From NCBI GenBank assembly GCA_010909165.1, contig MU008154.1, positions 719,682 to 783,681 on the forward strand: DNA of 64,000 nucleotides, in the 5' to 3' direction. The translations under genes and the position numbers were made by a program. The notes under the pieces are model-generated. The model saw only the letters and a list, made by a program, of their open reading frames with translations. It made no database searches and had not been told where the DNA came from. This document shows, one piece after another, positions 61,435 to 64,000 of the stretch; the first letter of the stretch is position 1, and each line of letters opens with the position of its first letter. Source of the DNA: Anthoceros angustus. Taxonomy: Eukaryota; Plantae; Anthocerotophyta.

Positions 61435-64000
61435 AACTTATTACTTTGGCTCCCCTGTGTGCCCCTACTGGCACTCCACCATCTCTCCTCGGACTTCTAG
61501 ATCGCCCAACTGCCGCTGCTCTTGTTCATTTCCCTCAACACTCGTCGTGGCGACCAGTTCTTTGTCAGGAAACCGGTCATCAGTGGCCTCAAGCCATTCT
61601 CCGGTTTTCAGACGAGAAATGAAGTCTACATTCAGATGTTGCTTCCTTGGCCTGGTCTCCACCTTGAAATCGAATTCTTGCAGCAGTAATACCCACCTGG
61701 CTATCCTTCCTGATAAATCTGGCTTGTTCTCAAGGTACTTCAACGCGAAATGATCGACATGAAATGTCACCACTGCAAAGAACAATGTCTAAATTTCTTA
61801 CGAGTAGATGATACCAAGGCCCTCTCTGTGTAGTGATGGTTCCTTCTGACTTCAAGATCCGTGAGTCGCCTCCCGGATAAAAAATCGGGTGATCTCGTCT
61901 CTTTTCATCCTTTTGACTCAAGATGGTCCCAATGGCATAAGCGGACACATCCACATATACATGAAACGGCTTCTCCCAATCTGGAGGTTGTAACGTTGGA
62001 GCGCTCACCAAATTGTCCTTCAACTGCTGAAACAGTCCTGATGCAGTTTCCTTTTCCCAAACACGCAGAAATCATCCATGAATACCTCCATGAACTTCCG
62101 CAAGAAATCTCGGAATATAGCGTTCACCACACGGCAAAATTGGCGGGCGCATTACACAACCAAGGGAGCTTGAATAAAGCGAGGTGCCCCAATGCTGTAG
62201 ATATGGGTCTTGTCCTCGGTCCTCCTTCCTCGACCAAAATCTTATTGTACCAGTGCTCAATCCAAGATACTATACCATCTCATGTCCAAGCTACGTGTCG
62301 GCTACCCGCCCATGAAGGGCAGGGTGGTGATCCTTCATGCTTAAACCGTTGGGCTTCACGAAATCTTGCGACGCTTTCCTAACTTTGGGTAGATGCATCA
62401 CAGTAAGACAACCCACTCACTAGTGAGTACCAGATGAATGCTCACTTCCAAATATTGGTGAAAGTTGATCCTTAATGACCATGGAATACTTGGGGTTCAG
62501 TCTGTACTGCTTGATCCTCACCGGAGTGCTGCCCTCCTTCAAATCAATCCGATGTATACCCAACTCCTCCGGAATTCCTGTCATGTCAGTGATGTTGAAG
62601 GCAAACATATCAACGTACTCCCTAAGCACACTACGGAACTCCTCTTTCTCTACCTGTCCTAGATACTTAGAAACCTTGACTACCTTGCTAGGCTCTAACT
62701 CTAAGAAGTCTTCAGTGGGATCGATATCGCCCCTCCCAGGACCCTCACTAGTTCTAGATCCCTCCTCAGGAAAATCATGATCATAGGCCTTACCCCTCCA
62801 AAAGGCTACTCCTTCCCTATGTGCCTCATCCTCTGACTCCTCTACGACATCTTCTACGTCAATTGAGGGTCCCCGGTAGGCTCGGTCACTGCCCGAAGAA
62901 CTCACCCCCGTACTTCCTGAGGTGTAAACACCATAAACCTTCAAGAGGGGGAATTTACATGATGGGGGTTTTCTTGAAAATATGCGCCAAAGGGGGTTAC
63001 ACATGGGTCTCAAAGCAGCCAATAGCATGTTTTGGTGAAAGAACCACAAAAAACAGGTGTCCCATACCGTTGTCCCCTTTTACAATATGGGTACCTGGTG
63101 GAAGGGTGCTCGAAATCCTTTACCCATATGATGAAGGCAAATTAAGACCCACCGTCTTGACTTAATGGGGAAAGGATGCCGATGAACCTAGATTTGGGTC
63201 TCACGGAAGAAATACGGTTGGCATGCAAAACCCATAGTCTTCGCAAATTCGTTTTGATGTCAAGGGTTTGGCAAAGGGTAGAGGTCATGCGGTGGTCAGC
63301 GTATGCTTGGCGGCCTTGCCGGTGGAGCAGGCAAGATCGTTCCCGACAGTTTCGATCACTGCGACGCGAAAACTCTTCAGGGTCTTCGTGCTGTCAGGTT
63401 CGTTCCTCATCCAGTGAAAGTGAATTTCCGCCGCTCCGTCGTTGCGTACGGAGTAGGAGAACCCGACGCGGGCGCAGTCCAGGCGGTAGCCGACGGATCC
63501 GAAGTCTCACTCACGCTCAGCCCGAACAGCCGGACTTCCTCGATCGGCTCGTTAGGCAAATCAGCTATCAGCGTCACCGGTGAATACTGGGAGACGTCGA
63601 ATCTTACTTCCGGCAGTTCGACCGCGCTGTGCGAGGTTCCGGCGGAGCGGGCGGTTCCATTGAAGGAGGCGGCGTTGTGGGATTCGCCTCAGCAAGTGGA
63701 TCGGGCGTAGTTTCCGCAACCGCATCCTGAGCGTCGCGCCGGCATCAGACACCGGAGTCGCGGGTAAATCTTGGACGACTGGTGCAGACGGCTTAGTCGC
63801 GAATGCGTCCGGCGGCGGGACCGATACTGGCGGCCTAGGCTCAACGACTTGGGGAATCACGGGCGGCGGGCGGGTTCGGGATCCGGCTTCGGGGACATCA
63901 TCGCTGGCGGGAAGCTTCCGATGCTCCCGATCACGATGAGCGCCAGCACTACGGCGACGCCGACGGCTGCGATCAACATCCACTTGCCGCCCGATTCCTC
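61435..64000 (-). mobile_element. pol: Ty3/gypsy element 2: gag C-terminus, protease, RT (internally deleted), RNase H; continues beyond the window
   Basis: HRIDLKEGSTPVRIKQYRLNP; FMEVFMDDFCVF (~62070); LVSAPTLQPPDWEKPFHVYVDVSAYAIG; DHFALKYL...GRIARWVLLLQEFDF. Confidence 0.92.

Overview
Eukaryotic land-plant DNA, probably a non-seed plant given the PLS-class PPR relic, Met-primed copia elements, OTA-type gypsy elements and a Sola/DUF7869-like transposase. It is a repeat-dense block next to one clean host gene. Repeat interiors are full of indels while the single-copy gene is error-free, so many 'frameshifts' are probably unpolished long-read errors. There is one N gap at 41697. Layout: (1) 1-14965: tandem array of a ~4.15-4.2 kb cassette (3 direct copies, 1 inverted partial copy, 1 fragment), with another copy at 38318-41696. 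The cassette carries a (CTT)n tract, a putative spliced gene encoding repeated LSLDDLIKLNKK motifs (similar to the ALYREF UAP56-binding motif), a 35-bp minisatellite and an opposite-strand RRM-like ORF remnant. (2) ~15121-37620: a DDE transposase gene split by two insertions. One is a 14.5-kb Ty3/gypsy element (15548-30016, TSD GGCAT) whose ~4.5-kb LTRs each contain a long extra ORF. The other is a 6.5-kb Ty1/copia (30677-37165, TSD ACTTA, identical 160-bp LTRs). (3) 42028-48447: gypsy LTR fragment plus a second, internally deleted copia. (4) 49678-52792 (-): intact 8-exon ARMC8/GID5 gene, 651 aa. (5) 54865-64000: orphan LTR end with PBS, a degenerate PLS-E PPR gene, the 3' half of a third copia, and a minus-strand gypsy gag-pol. 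Best candidates for novelty: the multi-UBM cassette array and the gypsy element with an ORF inside its LTRs.
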